A stretch of DNA of 26,486 nt, from the NCBI GenBank assembly GCA_036479435.1, contig JAZGFI010000234.1, positions 1 through 26,486 on the forward strand, given 5' to 3'. Positions 8,670-17,148 of the stretch are shown one piece after another (the stretch's first letter is position 1; each line of letters starts with the position of its first letter). The stretch is from Planctomycetota bacterium. GTDB lineage: Bacteria; Planctomycetota; GCA-002687715; DRQF01. The translations under genes and the position numbers were made by a program. The notes below the pieces were generated by a model. It did no database searches, was not told the origin of the DNA, and saw only the letters and a program-made list of their open reading frames with translations.

Positions 8670-9955
8670 CGAATGCCCCCGATACGTCCTTTGAAACTCG
8701 GTGGTTTGTCATCTTTGCCGAGTTCCTGCGGGCTCGGGTCGAGGAGAATCCAACGCTCATCTTCGCGGAGGATCTTGCGGCGCAGAACGCGGGCTAACTC
8801 GGGATCAATCCCGTCTCCAGCATCGTTCAGCACGATGCTGTTGGCGATGCGGTGGATGTCCGGCGTCAGTCGATCCATGAAGCGCTCGAGGGGGCGGCGA
8901 AGATCATCGCGATCCCAAAGTCCGCTCATGATTTCGCGCACGGCTTCGTTTTCCAAAAGCCACTTACTCAAGACTCTGGTCAGGGCCTCGCGAAATCGGT
9001 CGTCGTGAGAAACGTCATGAAAGGCGCGCTCGAAGGCGCGGCGGGTGTGGTCGCTGGCGGCGACCTCTTTGAGAGCCTGGATGGCAGCTTCGCGAAATTG
9101 TTTGTCGTGCGACTTTAGGATCGGCACGCCTTTTTTGGTCATGAACTCCCGTAGTTCGGCTTGGACGCGGCCGGAACCCGAGAGGTTGACTTTCTGCAGA
9201 AGGTACGACCAGGAGAAATCAAACAGCGGAAAGGCCTCAATCAACTCTTCGCTGATCTGCACCACCAGGGGAGTGGCGCGCTCTTGCACGATGGGCCAAA
9301 TCTCCTCTTGGAAGTTCTTCTCGATGTGTCCGTCCCAAGCGCGTTCTCTTAGCACGCGTCCCATGATGTCGAGGTCGTCGCGGTGCTCGGCCACGATCTT
9401 TTTGAAATCATCGCGAAGGGCTCGCGCGAGGTCGTCCCCGAGTCGGATAAGGCCGGGGCCTAGGCGGCGAAGCAGCGTGTCCCGTTGCTCTTTCCAGCGT
9501 TTTGTCAGCAGTTCGAGAATCTCTTGGCGAACTCGCGGCGGGAACAGCGTCTTGATAATCCAAGCGATGTCACCCGAGGTCTCGTAGGCGATGAAGCCTG
9601 CGCCTTCTCCGAGCCACTGGCGATACTCGGGATAAACTGAGACCCGTGCGACTTTCTCGCCCGAGTCCTCGCGCCAACTGAGGACTTCCCCCGCCTGAAA
9701 AAGCGACTCTCCCTGTTCGACTCGCAGCCTTGAACCCCGGCCGAGGCCGGTGGCCAAGGGGAAGCGAATCTCGATGACCTCAAGGCTGCCGACAAGCTGT
9801 TGCCCCATGCGGGCCAGCGCTAAAGAGTGTTTCTCGCTTTGGCGGAGAGTCGTCAGACCGCCGCCCACCAGGGCGGTCCAAATCAGAACGCCAGCCGCGG
9901 CGCGAAGGCGGCGCCAGGGCGATTTCGTGGAAATGGTGGGCTCGCGGTGATCCAT
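8666..9955 (-). CDS. Membrane-anchored MCE/MlaD-like protein with long alpha-helical C-terminal region
   Basis: N-terminal TM (AAAGVLIWTALVGGGL), then IRFPLATGLGRGSRLRV..QAGEVLSW..VARVSV, resembling the MCE pattern FxxAxGLxxGxxVxxxGxxVGxV. About 290 aa of amphipathic helices follow. Directly upstream of the MlaF-MlaE fusion. Confidence 0.65.
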   Translation of the reverse strand: MDHREPTISTKSPWRRLRAAAGVLIWTALVGGGLTTLRQSEKHSLALARMGQQLVGSLEVIEIRFPLATGLGRGSRLRVEQGESLFQAGEVLSWREDSGEKVARVSVYPEYRQWLGEGAGFIAYETSGDIAWIIKTLFPPRVRQEILELLTKRWKEQRDTLLRRLGPGLIRLGDDLARALRDDFKKIVAEHRDDLDIMGRVLRERAWDGHIEKNFQEEIWPIVQERATPLVVQISEELIEAFPLFDFSWSYLLQKVNLSGSGRVQAELREFMTKKGVPILKSHDKQFREAAIQALKEVAASDHTRRAFERAFHDVSHDDRFREALTRVLSKWLLENEAVREIMSGLWDRDDLRRPLERFMDRLTPDIHRIANSIVLNDAGDGIDPELARVLRRKILREDERWILLDPSPQELGKDDKPPSFKGRIGGIR

Positions 9956-9963
9956 GGGACTGA

Positions 9964-9969
9964 AGGATA
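9964..9969 (-). promoter_or_regulatory. Putative -10 element (TATCCT) for a leaderless transcript of the MCE/ABC operon
   Basis: TANNNT hexamer 8 nt before ATG 9955, with no Shine-Dalgarno sequence in between. Confidence 0.35.
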
Positions 9970-9979
9970 CGCGGCGTTT

Positions 9980-10004
9980 GGGACCTTCCCCGGTCCTTTT
10001 CTTT
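9980..10004 (+). terminator. Intrinsic terminator-like hairpin in the divergent intergenic region
   Basis: GGGACC-TTCCCC-GGTCCT followed by TTTCTTT. The stem is short and no plus-strand gene ends here. Confidence 0.3.
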
Positions 10005-10069
10005 GGGAATATCTCCTCAATCTGTCGAACAGGGCAGGCGCTGATATTTCTCGAGCCGCACTGGCAGGC

Positions 10070-10100
10070 TATACTGGGCGCTCATCGACATCATTAGGAG
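10070..10100 (+). promoter_or_regulatory. Putative -10 box (TATACT 10070..10075) and RBS (AGGAG 10096..10100) of the SPFH gene
   Basis: Near-consensus -10 hexamer and an AGGAG 8 nt before ATG 10109. No clear -35 element. Confidence 0.5.
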
Positions 10101-10108
10101 CGCTCATC

Positions 10109-11236
10109 ATGGGTATCTGGGACAAAATCCGCGGCGAACTGGTCGACATTATCGAGTGGCTCGATGATGCCGGCGATACCCTCGTCCACCGCTTCGAACG
10201 CTATGGCAACGAGATCAAAGACGGCGCCCAGCTCGTCGTCCGCGAGGGCCAAGCGGCCGTTTTTGTCCGCGAGGGCAAGCTCGCCGATGTGTTTGAACCG
10301 GGAACCTACACGCTCGACACCAAGGCGATGCCGATCCTGTCGACGATTTTGGGCTGGAAGTATGGCTTCGAAAGCCCCTTCAAAGCCGAAGTGTATTTCG
10401 TCAGCACGCGTCGCGTCACCGATTTGAAGTGGGGCACCAAAAACCCCGTCATGCTCCGCGATCCGGAGTTCGGACCGGTTCGCCTCCGCGCTTTTGGCAC
10501 TTACGTGATCAAAGTTGATCAGCCCGGTGTTTTTGTTCAAGAAGTTGTCGGCACCGAACGCACTTTCACCGCCGACGAGATTACGGCTCAGCTCCGCAAC
10601 TTGACCGTTTCGAGGTTTGCTGACGTCCTCGGCGAGTCCAAGATCCCGGTCCTCGATCTCGCCGCCAATTATGACGAACTCGGTGAGTTTTTGACGAAGC
10701 GCATCGCGCCGGACTTTGCGGGCTACGGCCTTGAGCTGATGCAGATGATGGTCGAGAACATCTCACTGCCGCCAGCCGTCGAAGAGGCACTCGACAAACG
10801 CACCAGCATGGGCGTCATCGGAAACCTGCAAGCCTACACGCAGTTTCAGATGGCGAACGCGATGGAGAAAGCCGCCGAAAATCCCGGCGGCGGAGGCGCC
10901 GCCGAAGGCATGGGCATGGGTATGGGTTTCGGCATGGCTCAGAGCATGGCGCACGCGATGTCACCTCAGAACCAGGCTCAAGGCAACCAAGCCATGGCAC
11001 CCGGTGCCGTTCCGCCCCCGATTCCGGGCGCGGCCGCCTTTTTTGTGGCCGTCAATGGTCAACAGACCGGTCCCTATGACCTGGGGGCTTTGGGGGCCCA
11101 AATCAAGGGCGGCCAGATGACTCGGGAATCTTTGGTGTGGTCGCAGGGCATGGCCGGCTGGCAAGCTGCCGGCGAGGTCGCGGCCTTGGCGCCGCTATTC
11201 GGGGCCACGCCGCCCCCGATCCCTCCGGTGGGCTAA
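10109..11236 (+). CDS. SPFH/band-7 domain protein (YdjI-like) with C-terminal GYF_2/DUF4339 domain
   Basis: True start is probably ATG 10109 (MGIWDKIRGELVDIIEW). Motifs QLVVREGQAAVF, PFKAEVYFV, KWGTKNPV, VRLRAFG, VENISLP, GMGMGMGFGMA linker, and NGQQTGPY..SLVWSQGMAGWQAAGEV..L (GYF_2). Confidence 0.9.
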   Translation: MGIWDKIRGELVDIIEWLDDAGDTLVHRFERYGNEIKDGAQLVVREGQAAVFVREGKLADVFEPGTYTLDTKAMPILSTILGWKYGFESPFKAEVYFVSTRRVTDLKWGTKNPVMLRDPEFGPVRLRAFGTYVIKVDQPGVFVQEVVGTERTFTADEITAQLRNLTVSRFADVLGESKIPVLDLAANYDELGEFLTKRIAPDFAGYGLELMQMMVENISLPPAVEEALDKRTSMGVIGNLQAYTQFQMANAMEKAAENPGGGGAAEGMGMGMGFGMAQSMAHAMSPQNQAQGNQAMAPGAVPPPIPGAAAFFVAVNGQQTGPYDLGALGAQIKGGQMTRESLVWSQGMAGWQAAGEVAALAPLFGATPPPIPPVG

Positions 11237-11268
11237 GTTGATTCGTTAAGGCTGCGGAGTTTCATCCC

Positions 11269-12387
11269 TTGTCCGAGGAAGAACTGGAAGAAGAGGTCCG
11301 CGAGGATCAAAAAAAGGAGTTTCCCTGCAGCGGCTGCGGGTCGAAACTCGTCTTTCAGCCCGGTACCACGGACTTGGGATGCGGCTACTGCGGCTATTCG
11401 AATCCGATTCCGCAGTCTGAAGCCGACATTGAAGAACTCGACTTTCGCGCTCATCTTGAATCTTTGGCGGCCGAGGAACCGACCGACGAGAGTGCCGATG
11501 TCGCTTGCAGTTCTTGCGGTGCGATCACCACCAAGCCCGCTAACCTGACGGCTTTTCATTGCCCTTTTTGTGCCTCACCCATGGTCACTGAAGAAGTCGC
11601 GCGGCGGCTCATCAGGCCGAAGAGCTTGTTGCCCTTCAAGGTCACTTTTCACGAAGCAAAGGGGTCGTTTAAAAAGTGGCTCGCGGGCCACTGGTTCGCC
11701 CCCACAAAACTAAAGACCTACGCCGACACGGGCGAGCTGAAGGGCCTTTATGTTCCCTACTGGACCTACGACTCCGACACCGAGTCTTTTTATCGCGGTC
11801 AACGGGGGGATGACTACTGGGAAACGAATCGGGTCTCGTTCACCGACGCTCAGGGCCGGGCGCAGACTCGAAATCAAAGAACTCGCAAGACTCGCTGGCG
11901 TTCTGTTTCGGGAACGGTGTGGGTTCAGTTTGATGACTTGCTGGTGGCAGCCTCGAAGTCTCTACCTCTCGCACACCTCAATGAACTTACGCCTTGGGAC
12001 CTTAGTGAGCTCGTGCCCTATTCGCCCGACTACCTCTCGGGTTTTGAGGCCGAGCGCTACCAGGTCGAACTCGATGATGGATTTGAGGCCGCCGAAACCA
12101 TCATGGAACGCGGTATCCGCCAAGCCGCACGCCGCGACATCGGAGGCGACCATCAGCGCATCTCGGCGCTAAAAACGGGCCACTCCAAGGTCACTTTCAA
12201 ACACATCTTGATGCCGATCTACATCTCGGCCTATCGCTACCGCGGCAAGGTCTACCGCTTCCTCATCAACGCCCGCACCGGCGAAGTCCAAGGCGACCGC
12301 CCCTACAGCATTTGGAAAATCACTTTCACGATTCTGGCCATCCTCGCCACTCTAGCCCTCGTCATCCTCATCGTCACCGCCTCCTAA
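11269..12387 (+). CDS. Double zinc-ribbon, C-terminally anchored membrane protein (YdjG-like; often misannotated as primosomal protein N')
   Basis: CSGC..CGYC and CSSC..CPFC pairs, LLPF, YVPYWTYD, YLSGFEAERY, INARTGEVQGDRPYS and a terminal TM helix. Adjacent to the YdjI-like gene. No helicase motifs. Confidence 0.82.
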   Translation: MSEEELEEEVREDQKKEFPCSGCGSKLVFQPGTTDLGCGYCGYSNPIPQSEADIEELDFRAHLESLAAEEPTDESADVACSSCGAITTKPANLTAFHCPFCASPMVTEEVARRLIRPKSLLPFKVTFHEAKGSFKKWLAGHWFAPTKLKTYADTGELKGLYVPYWTYDSDTESFYRGQRGDDYWETNRVSFTDAQGRAQTRNQRTRKTRWRSVSGTVWVQFDDLLVAASKSLPLAHLNELTPWDLSELVPYSPDYLSGFEAERYQVELDDGFEAAETIMERGIRQAARRDIGGDHQRISALKTGHSKVTFKHILMPIYISAYRYRGKVYRFLINARTGEVQGDRPYSIWKITFTILAILATLALVILIVTAS

Positions 12388-12449
12388 GCAAACCCTGAAC
12401 GTTTGGGTCAGACCAAAGTCACCACCCTTTGGCCGGTCGAGGTATGGCC

Positions 12450-14036
12450 TCACTCTATCTCCCAAACCCACTCGCTGATGTCGATCAAGTTGGGCAGGCC
12501 GCGATAAGGCTCTCCAATCCGCCTCAGCTCAGCCCGGAGCCGGCGATCTTTCAAGATTGCATCACTGGAATCGTCTTGAGGTTCAGCGATGTAAAACAGG
12601 ACGCGCCGGTTTTTGACATGCCAGTAATTGGCGCGAAGCTGTTGTTTGACGGCGGGCTCTAAGTCGTTGGCGGATACATCGGGGCAGATCAGCAGATTGG
12701 TGCGCAGGTAAGCCGACATGATCATGCCGTCGAAGGAATCGTAGTTGGTGACGAAGACCCAGCGGTCTTTTTTTGGGACGGCGCTTTTGAGCTGTTCGGC
12801 AGCGGTACGGTGGTTGGTGCCGAAGGTGATGCCCTTGGTGTCGATGGGGCGAGTCCAGGCGGCGTAGCCAAAGCCCGCGATGGCGAGAACCGCCAGCCAA
12901 GAGCCGGTCTTACGTCCTAGCTTTCGATCCAGGATCTGCGTGAGGACTTCGGCGCAGATGCCGTAGGAAACGGCGACCCACGGCAGCCAGTAGCAACTCC
13001 AAAAGGTGTGGTTCGGCGCCTTGTGCGGAAAGGCCACGATGTTGAGGGCGCCCCATGCAAAACAAAACAAAAGGGGTTTGCGCCAATGTTTGGCCTGTGG
13101 CACGAAGCACACTTGGATGAGACTGGTGAGCGCAACGGCCAAGCCGATGACGCCGTAGCCGCCGACTAGGTTTCGAAAGAAAGACGGAAAGCCCGCGCTA
13201 GAATAGACCGAACCAATCCCGGTGTTCGATGCAAAACGCAGGGCACGCAACAAGTCGCCCGGCTCGCCCGCGATCACATCGACATGAATCCAGTGGAAAA
13301 GGACGCTCGACGAGGCGAGGATCGCGAGGCCGAAAGTGAGTTTCTTGTCGAAGCGGGCCGAGCCCGCCCAAGCTAAGGTGCTGAGCCAGACCAAGGCGGG
13401 GGCAAAATATCCCGGCCAATCAAACTGCATGCTGAGCGCAAAGCAAACCATCATGCCGACGTAGCTCCGAGTCGGTCTTTGCCGGCCCGCCGCGGGTTTT
13501 TGACGATAGCGACTGAAAAACCATAGTCCCGCCATGGAACTCGCCATGACCATGGGGTGGTGCAAAGACATCATCGCGATCTCAGGCCCCATGCCCATGC
13601 CCATGAACGCGGCCAAAGCTGCAATGGAGCCCGCGATTCCAAAGTGCCGCCTTGAGATCAGAAACAAGAAAAACCCGGCAATGACCCACCCCACAAACCC
13701 CTGCAGGCGCGTTACCCACTCTTCCGTGCCAAAAAACTTCATCAGCACCGCGCGCAACATGACGTCCAGAACTGGATGGCTGAAGTAGTAGCGGAAGTTG
13801 GGGAACTCGGCCGGGTTCGGAGAAACCACGGGCATGAAACGGGTCTCGAAGAAGCCGGCTTCCACCGTTGTCTCCGACATCATCGCAAACCAAGCAGTGA
13901 GATGGCTGTGCCCCGAAGTCGACCAGGGCTCATTGAGGCGTTGTGCGACCGGAATGGCCAGAACCGTCAAGGTCACGAAGCACAGAAGCCAAGCCCATGG
14001 GCTCGTCCGCTTTGGCGCTGCAGTCGGCTCTTGCAT
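12450..14036 (-). CDS. Polytopic membrane protein, GT-C fold glycosyltransferase (ArnT/PMT-like)
   Basis: About 11-13 hydrophobic segments; first loop YYFSHPVL..FFGTEEWVTRL (cf. HPPL..FG..EWxxRL of ArnT-like enzymes); DWPGYF; soluble C-terminal domain. Confidence 0.65.
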   Translation of the reverse strand: MQEPTAAPKRTSPWAWLLCFVTLTVLAIPVAQRLNEPWSTSGHSHLTAWFAMMSETTVEAGFFETRFMPVVSPNPAEFPNFRYYFSHPVLDVMLRAVLMKFFGTEEWVTRLQGFVGWVIAGFFLFLISRRHFGIAGSIAALAAFMGMGMGPEIAMMSLHHPMVMASSMAGLWFFSRYRQKPAAGRQRPTRSYVGMMVCFALSMQFDWPGYFAPALVWLSTLAWAGSARFDKKLTFGLAILASSSVLFHWIHVDVIAGEPGDLLRALRFASNTGIGSVYSSAGFPSFFRNLVGGYGVIGLAVALTSLIQVCFVPQAKHWRKPLLFCFAWGALNIVAFPHKAPNHTFWSCYWLPWVAVSYGICAEVLTQILDRKLGRKTGSWLAVLAIAGFGYAAWTRPIDTKGITFGTNHRTAAEQLKSAVPKKDRWVFVTNYDSFDGMIMSAYLRTNLLICPDVSANDLEPAVKQQLRANYWHVKNRRVLFYIAEPQDDSSDAILKDRRLRAELRRIGEPYRGLPNLIDISEWVWEIE

Positions 14037-14114
14037 GAAAGTTCCGGTTCCTGAAGAAAATTGCGCTAGGGCAAGGATTTGGGCGAAGGCGACGAGCCAA
14101 CCTTTGTTCCCAGC

Positions 14115-15033
14115 CTAACCCGTCTCTTCACTCGACCGGAGGACATCTTCGACGATACGCAACAGATGATCTGCATCGGCGCTCGAAAAGCTCATCGGAG
14201 GTTTGATTTTCATGACGTTTTCCCGAGGGCCGTCGGCGCTGAGGAACACGCCGCGCGCTTGGGCGCGACGATTGGCCTCAGCCAGGCGCGCGGCATCAGG
14301 GCGCTTAGATTCGCGGTCTGCCACGAACTCAACGCCGAGGTAGCCCTCGGGGAAAAAACCTGGCCACCACAACCAGAAATCGACTCCGCGAAGAACGCCG
14401 CGGCGCGGCCGCTGTGTGTCTCGGCTTCGTGGAGCTTGGCGACGAGGTCGTCGACCCATTCCCCGGTGCTGCGCTCGGGCCTTCGATAGCGATCGGGAAG
14501 AGGAACGACGTGGACCCAAGGTGGCGCGCCGCGTCCGCCGGCCCGGCCGTGTTTGTAGGGACTCAAGTCGATGAGCGTTTGCGTGTTGCCGTGGTAAGCG
14601 GCCTCGAGCACGAGTACATCGTTGCGTTGAGTGAAGGTGCGGGCGAGGCGCAGGGCCAGCTCGTTGGCTTCGCTGCCGGAGTTGACGAGATAAAGGGCTT
14701 CAAGTTCAGGCGGCAAGGTCGCCAAGAGGCGTTCTGCCTAGCGCAAGCGCTCAGCGTGTAGATAACGCGTGTTGATGTTGAGCTGTCGCCTAACCCCGCC
14801 GCCGCGAGTGCTTCAAAGACCTGGGCCTGAAGATCCAAGGACTCGACCTTTTCATCGGGATGAGAGAGCTTCAGCACGAAATCGCGGCCGTCCGCGGCTG
14901 AGACCCGCCAGTTGAGGTCGCGGTAGCTCGGAGGTGGCGTGGGGCGGACTTTGGCTTTGACGGCGAAGTGCTCGGCTAAAAGCCGAACGGGATCGAAGGC
15001 AAAGGCCCTTGGGGATGGAGACGATGAACTCAT
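14115..15033 (-). pseudogene. Remnant of an APH-like kinase / class-III PLP aminotransferase fusion (hydroxylysine kinase/phospho-lyase type)
   Basis: Kinase N-lobe (PSYRDLNWRV..DGRDFVLKLSHPDE..LDLQ) is joined out of frame to QLNINTRYLH. In-frame TAG at 14738..14740, then VNSGSEANELALRLAR, AYHGNT and AESISGCGGQV. Frameshift at T6 (A6 at 14353..14358), then PEGYL|GVEFV..NVMKIKPPM. The DEVQ motif and PLP lysine are missing. Confidence 0.85.
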
Positions 15034-15040
15034 GCTGCGG

Positions 15041-15046
15041 AGTATA
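15041..15046 (-). promoter_or_regulatory. Putative -10 element (TATACT) for a leaderless transcript starting at ATG 15033
   Basis: TATACT-ccgcagc-ATG on the minus strand, 7-nt spacing, no Shine-Dalgarno sequence. Confidence 0.45.
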
Positions 15047-15087
15047 AGAAGCTTGATAGATTGCCTCATCGCCGCCAGGAGAATTCA

Positions 15088-17148
15088 ATGGCCTCAAATC
15101 GCAAGCTCAATCGTCTCGCTGACGAAAAATCGCCCTATCTCCTTCAGCACGCCGCGAACCCCGTTGACTGGTATCCCTGGGGCCAAGAGGCTTTCGACCG
15201 CGCAAAAGCCGAGGACCGGCCGATCTTTTTGTCCATCGGCTACTCCACTTGCCATTGGTGCCACGTCATGGAACGTGAGTCCTTCGAGATCGAGGCGACC
15301 GCCGCGGTCATGAACGAGCTATTCGTTAACATCAAGGTCGATCGCGAAGAACACCCCGACGTCGATCAGATCTACATGGCGGCAGTGCAGGCCATCGCCG
15401 GCCAAGGCGGTTGGCCCATGTCAGTTTTTCTGACTCCCGATCTTGGCCCCTACTACGCCGGCACCTACTTTCCTCCGGAAGCCCGCTACGGCCGACCGGG
15501 ATTCACCGAATTGCTCCGACACTTCGCCAAGCTTTATCACGAAAACCCGAGCAAGGTCGCGGAGCAAGCAAACCAGGTGAAAGATTGGATCGCCAGCCAA
15601 GTCAAGGCAAGCGAAGCCGATGGCCCGGGTGATCTCAGTCCGTTGGCGCAAGCAAGCGCCGAACTCAGTCAAGGATTCGATCCCCTTTGGGGCGGTTTCG
15701 GCCAAGCTCCCAAGTTCCCCCGCAGCATGACGCTCCAGGCATTGATGAGGTCTGGCCTCAATGAAGGTCAAGTCGGCAAGGCCGAGATGCTCATGGTCGA
15801 CAAGACGCTCGACATGATGTGGCGCGGTGGGATCTACGACCACATCGGCGGCGGCTTTGCTCGCTACGCGGTCGACGACGAGTGGCTGGTGCCTCACTTC
15901 GAAAAGATGCTCTACGACAATGCCCTGTTGGTGTTGACCTACACCGAGGCCTGGCAAGTTAGTCATGACCCACGCTGGCGCGAGGTGGTCGATGAGACCC
16001 TCGCATGGGTCATGGCAGAGATGACGCACGAAGGCGGTGGCTTCTTTTCGGCGCAGGACGCCGATAGCGAGGGCGAAGAGGGCCTTTTCTACGTTTGGGC
16101 CCTTCCCGAACTGGAAGAAATCTTAGGAGCCGAAGACGCGGCGTTTTTGGCGCAAGTCTATGACGCGAAGCCCGGCGGGAACTTCGAAGGCCGCAACATT
16201 CTCGCGCTGCGGCAAACCTACGCCGCAACCGCCGACGCGCTGGGTATCGACGGGGGCGCCTTGCGCAAAAGACTAGACCCACTGCGCCGAAAACTCTACG
16301 AAGTTCGTGACCAACGCATTCATCCGGGTCTTGATGACAAAGTCCTGAGTTCATGGAACGGTTTGATGATCGCCGCCATGGCACGAGCAGGAGCGGCCTT
16401 CGGCGAAGCCGCGATCATTGACGTCGCCACCCAAGCGGCCGAGTTCATCGAATCGAAATTAAAGGTGAAGGGTGTTTTGCAGCGTCGTTGGCGCGACGGC
16501 GAGGCCGCACTTGCCGGCACGCTTGAAGACTACGCCTTTTTGGCTTTTGGTTATCTCGCCCTCTTCGAGGCGACGATGGAGCCCTCTTGGTTCGACCGGG
16601 CTCGCGAACTCGTAGACGAGGCCTTGGAGAAGTTCGAAGATCGCGATCAAGGCGGTTTCTTTCTGGCGGCGGCGGATACGCCGAATCTCATCTTGCGCAT
16701 GAAGGAAGCTCATGATGCCGCAACCCCTTCTGGCGCGAGTGTCATGGTGTCAAACCTCCTCACGCTGGAGGCCCTCATCGGCGACAACCACTATCGAAGT
16801 CATGCCGCATCAGCTCTCAGGGCTTCCCGACCGGAATTCGAACGTCATCCGGCCGGGTTCACCTACCTTTTGTGTGGGCTAGATCGCTACCACGCCGAAC
16901 CCACGGAGATTGTCATTGCGGTGGGTGAAAACCCCGAGGAAGCGCGGGCCATGTTGACTCGCACAAAAGAGCGCTACCTTCCTCATGCTGTTACTTTAGT
17001 TCTCGAAGAAAGCGATCGGACCGCTTTGTCGGATCGCATGCCCTGGCTGGCCGATAAGACTCCCGTGGACGGAAAGAGCGCCCTTTATCTGTGCCGTGGC
17101 CGCCAGTGCCAGCTCCCGGTCCTAAAGGCAGAGGAAGTCGAGCTTTGA
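15088..17148 (+). CDS. yyaL: Thioredoxin-domain protein of the YyaL/SSP411 (DUF255) family with six-hairpin glycosidase-like domain
   Basis: [89 protein letters not shown] precedes ATG 15088. Confidence 0.95.
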   Translation: MASNRKLNRLADEKSPYLLQHAANPVDWYPWGQEAFDRAKAEDRPIFLSIGYSTCHWCHVMERESFEIEATAAVMNELFVNIKVDREEHPDVDQIYMAAVQAIAGQGGWPMSVFLTPDLGPYYAGTYFPPEARYGRPGFTELLRHFAKLYHENPSKVAEQANQVKDWIASQVKASEADGPGDLSPLAQASAELSQGFDPLWGGFGQAPKFPRSMTLQALMRSGLNEGQVGKAEMLMVDKTLDMMWRGGIYDHIGGGFARYAVDDEWLVPHFEKMLYDNALLVLTYTEAWQVSHDPRWREVVDETLAWVMAEMTHEGGGFFSAQDADSEGEEGLFYVWALPELEEILGAEDAAFLAQVYDAKPGGNFEGRNILALRQTYAATADALGIDGGALRKRLDPLRRKLYEVRDQRIHPGLDDKVLSSWNGLMIAAMARAGAAFGEAAIIDVATQAAEFIESKLKVKGVLQRRWRDGEAALAGTLEDYAFLAFGYLALFEATMEPSWFDRARELVDEALEKFEDRDQGGFFLAAADTPNLILRMKEAHDAATPSGASVMVSNLLTLEALIGDNHYRSHAASALRASRPEFERHPAGFTYLLCGLDRYHAEPTEIVIAVGENPEEARAMLTRTKERYLPHAVTLVLEESDRTALSDRMPWLADKTPVDGKSALYLCRGRQCQLPVLKAEEVEL

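Noticed and set aside
9827..10108. 94-codon N-terminal extension of the SPFH ORF
   Set aside because: It overlaps the divergent MCE gene. AGGAG + ATG 10109 gives the family-typical N-terminus.
11269..12387. Primosomal protein N'/helicase or phage replication gene
   Set aside because: Only zinc ribbons and a TM are present; no Walker or helicase motifs and no phage genes nearby.
13588..13605. (CCCATG)x3 tandem repeat, and the similar GGCATG run at about 10907..10937
   Set aside because: In-frame Met-Gly coding repeats. Unit changes would not shift the frame, and they are not CRISPR-like.
14738..14740. In-frame TAG as possible stop-codon recoding (pyrrolysine or alternative code)
   Set aside because: The same gene has a frameshift and two deletions, and intact genes here (mazG, the gene ending at 22637) use TAG as a normal stop.
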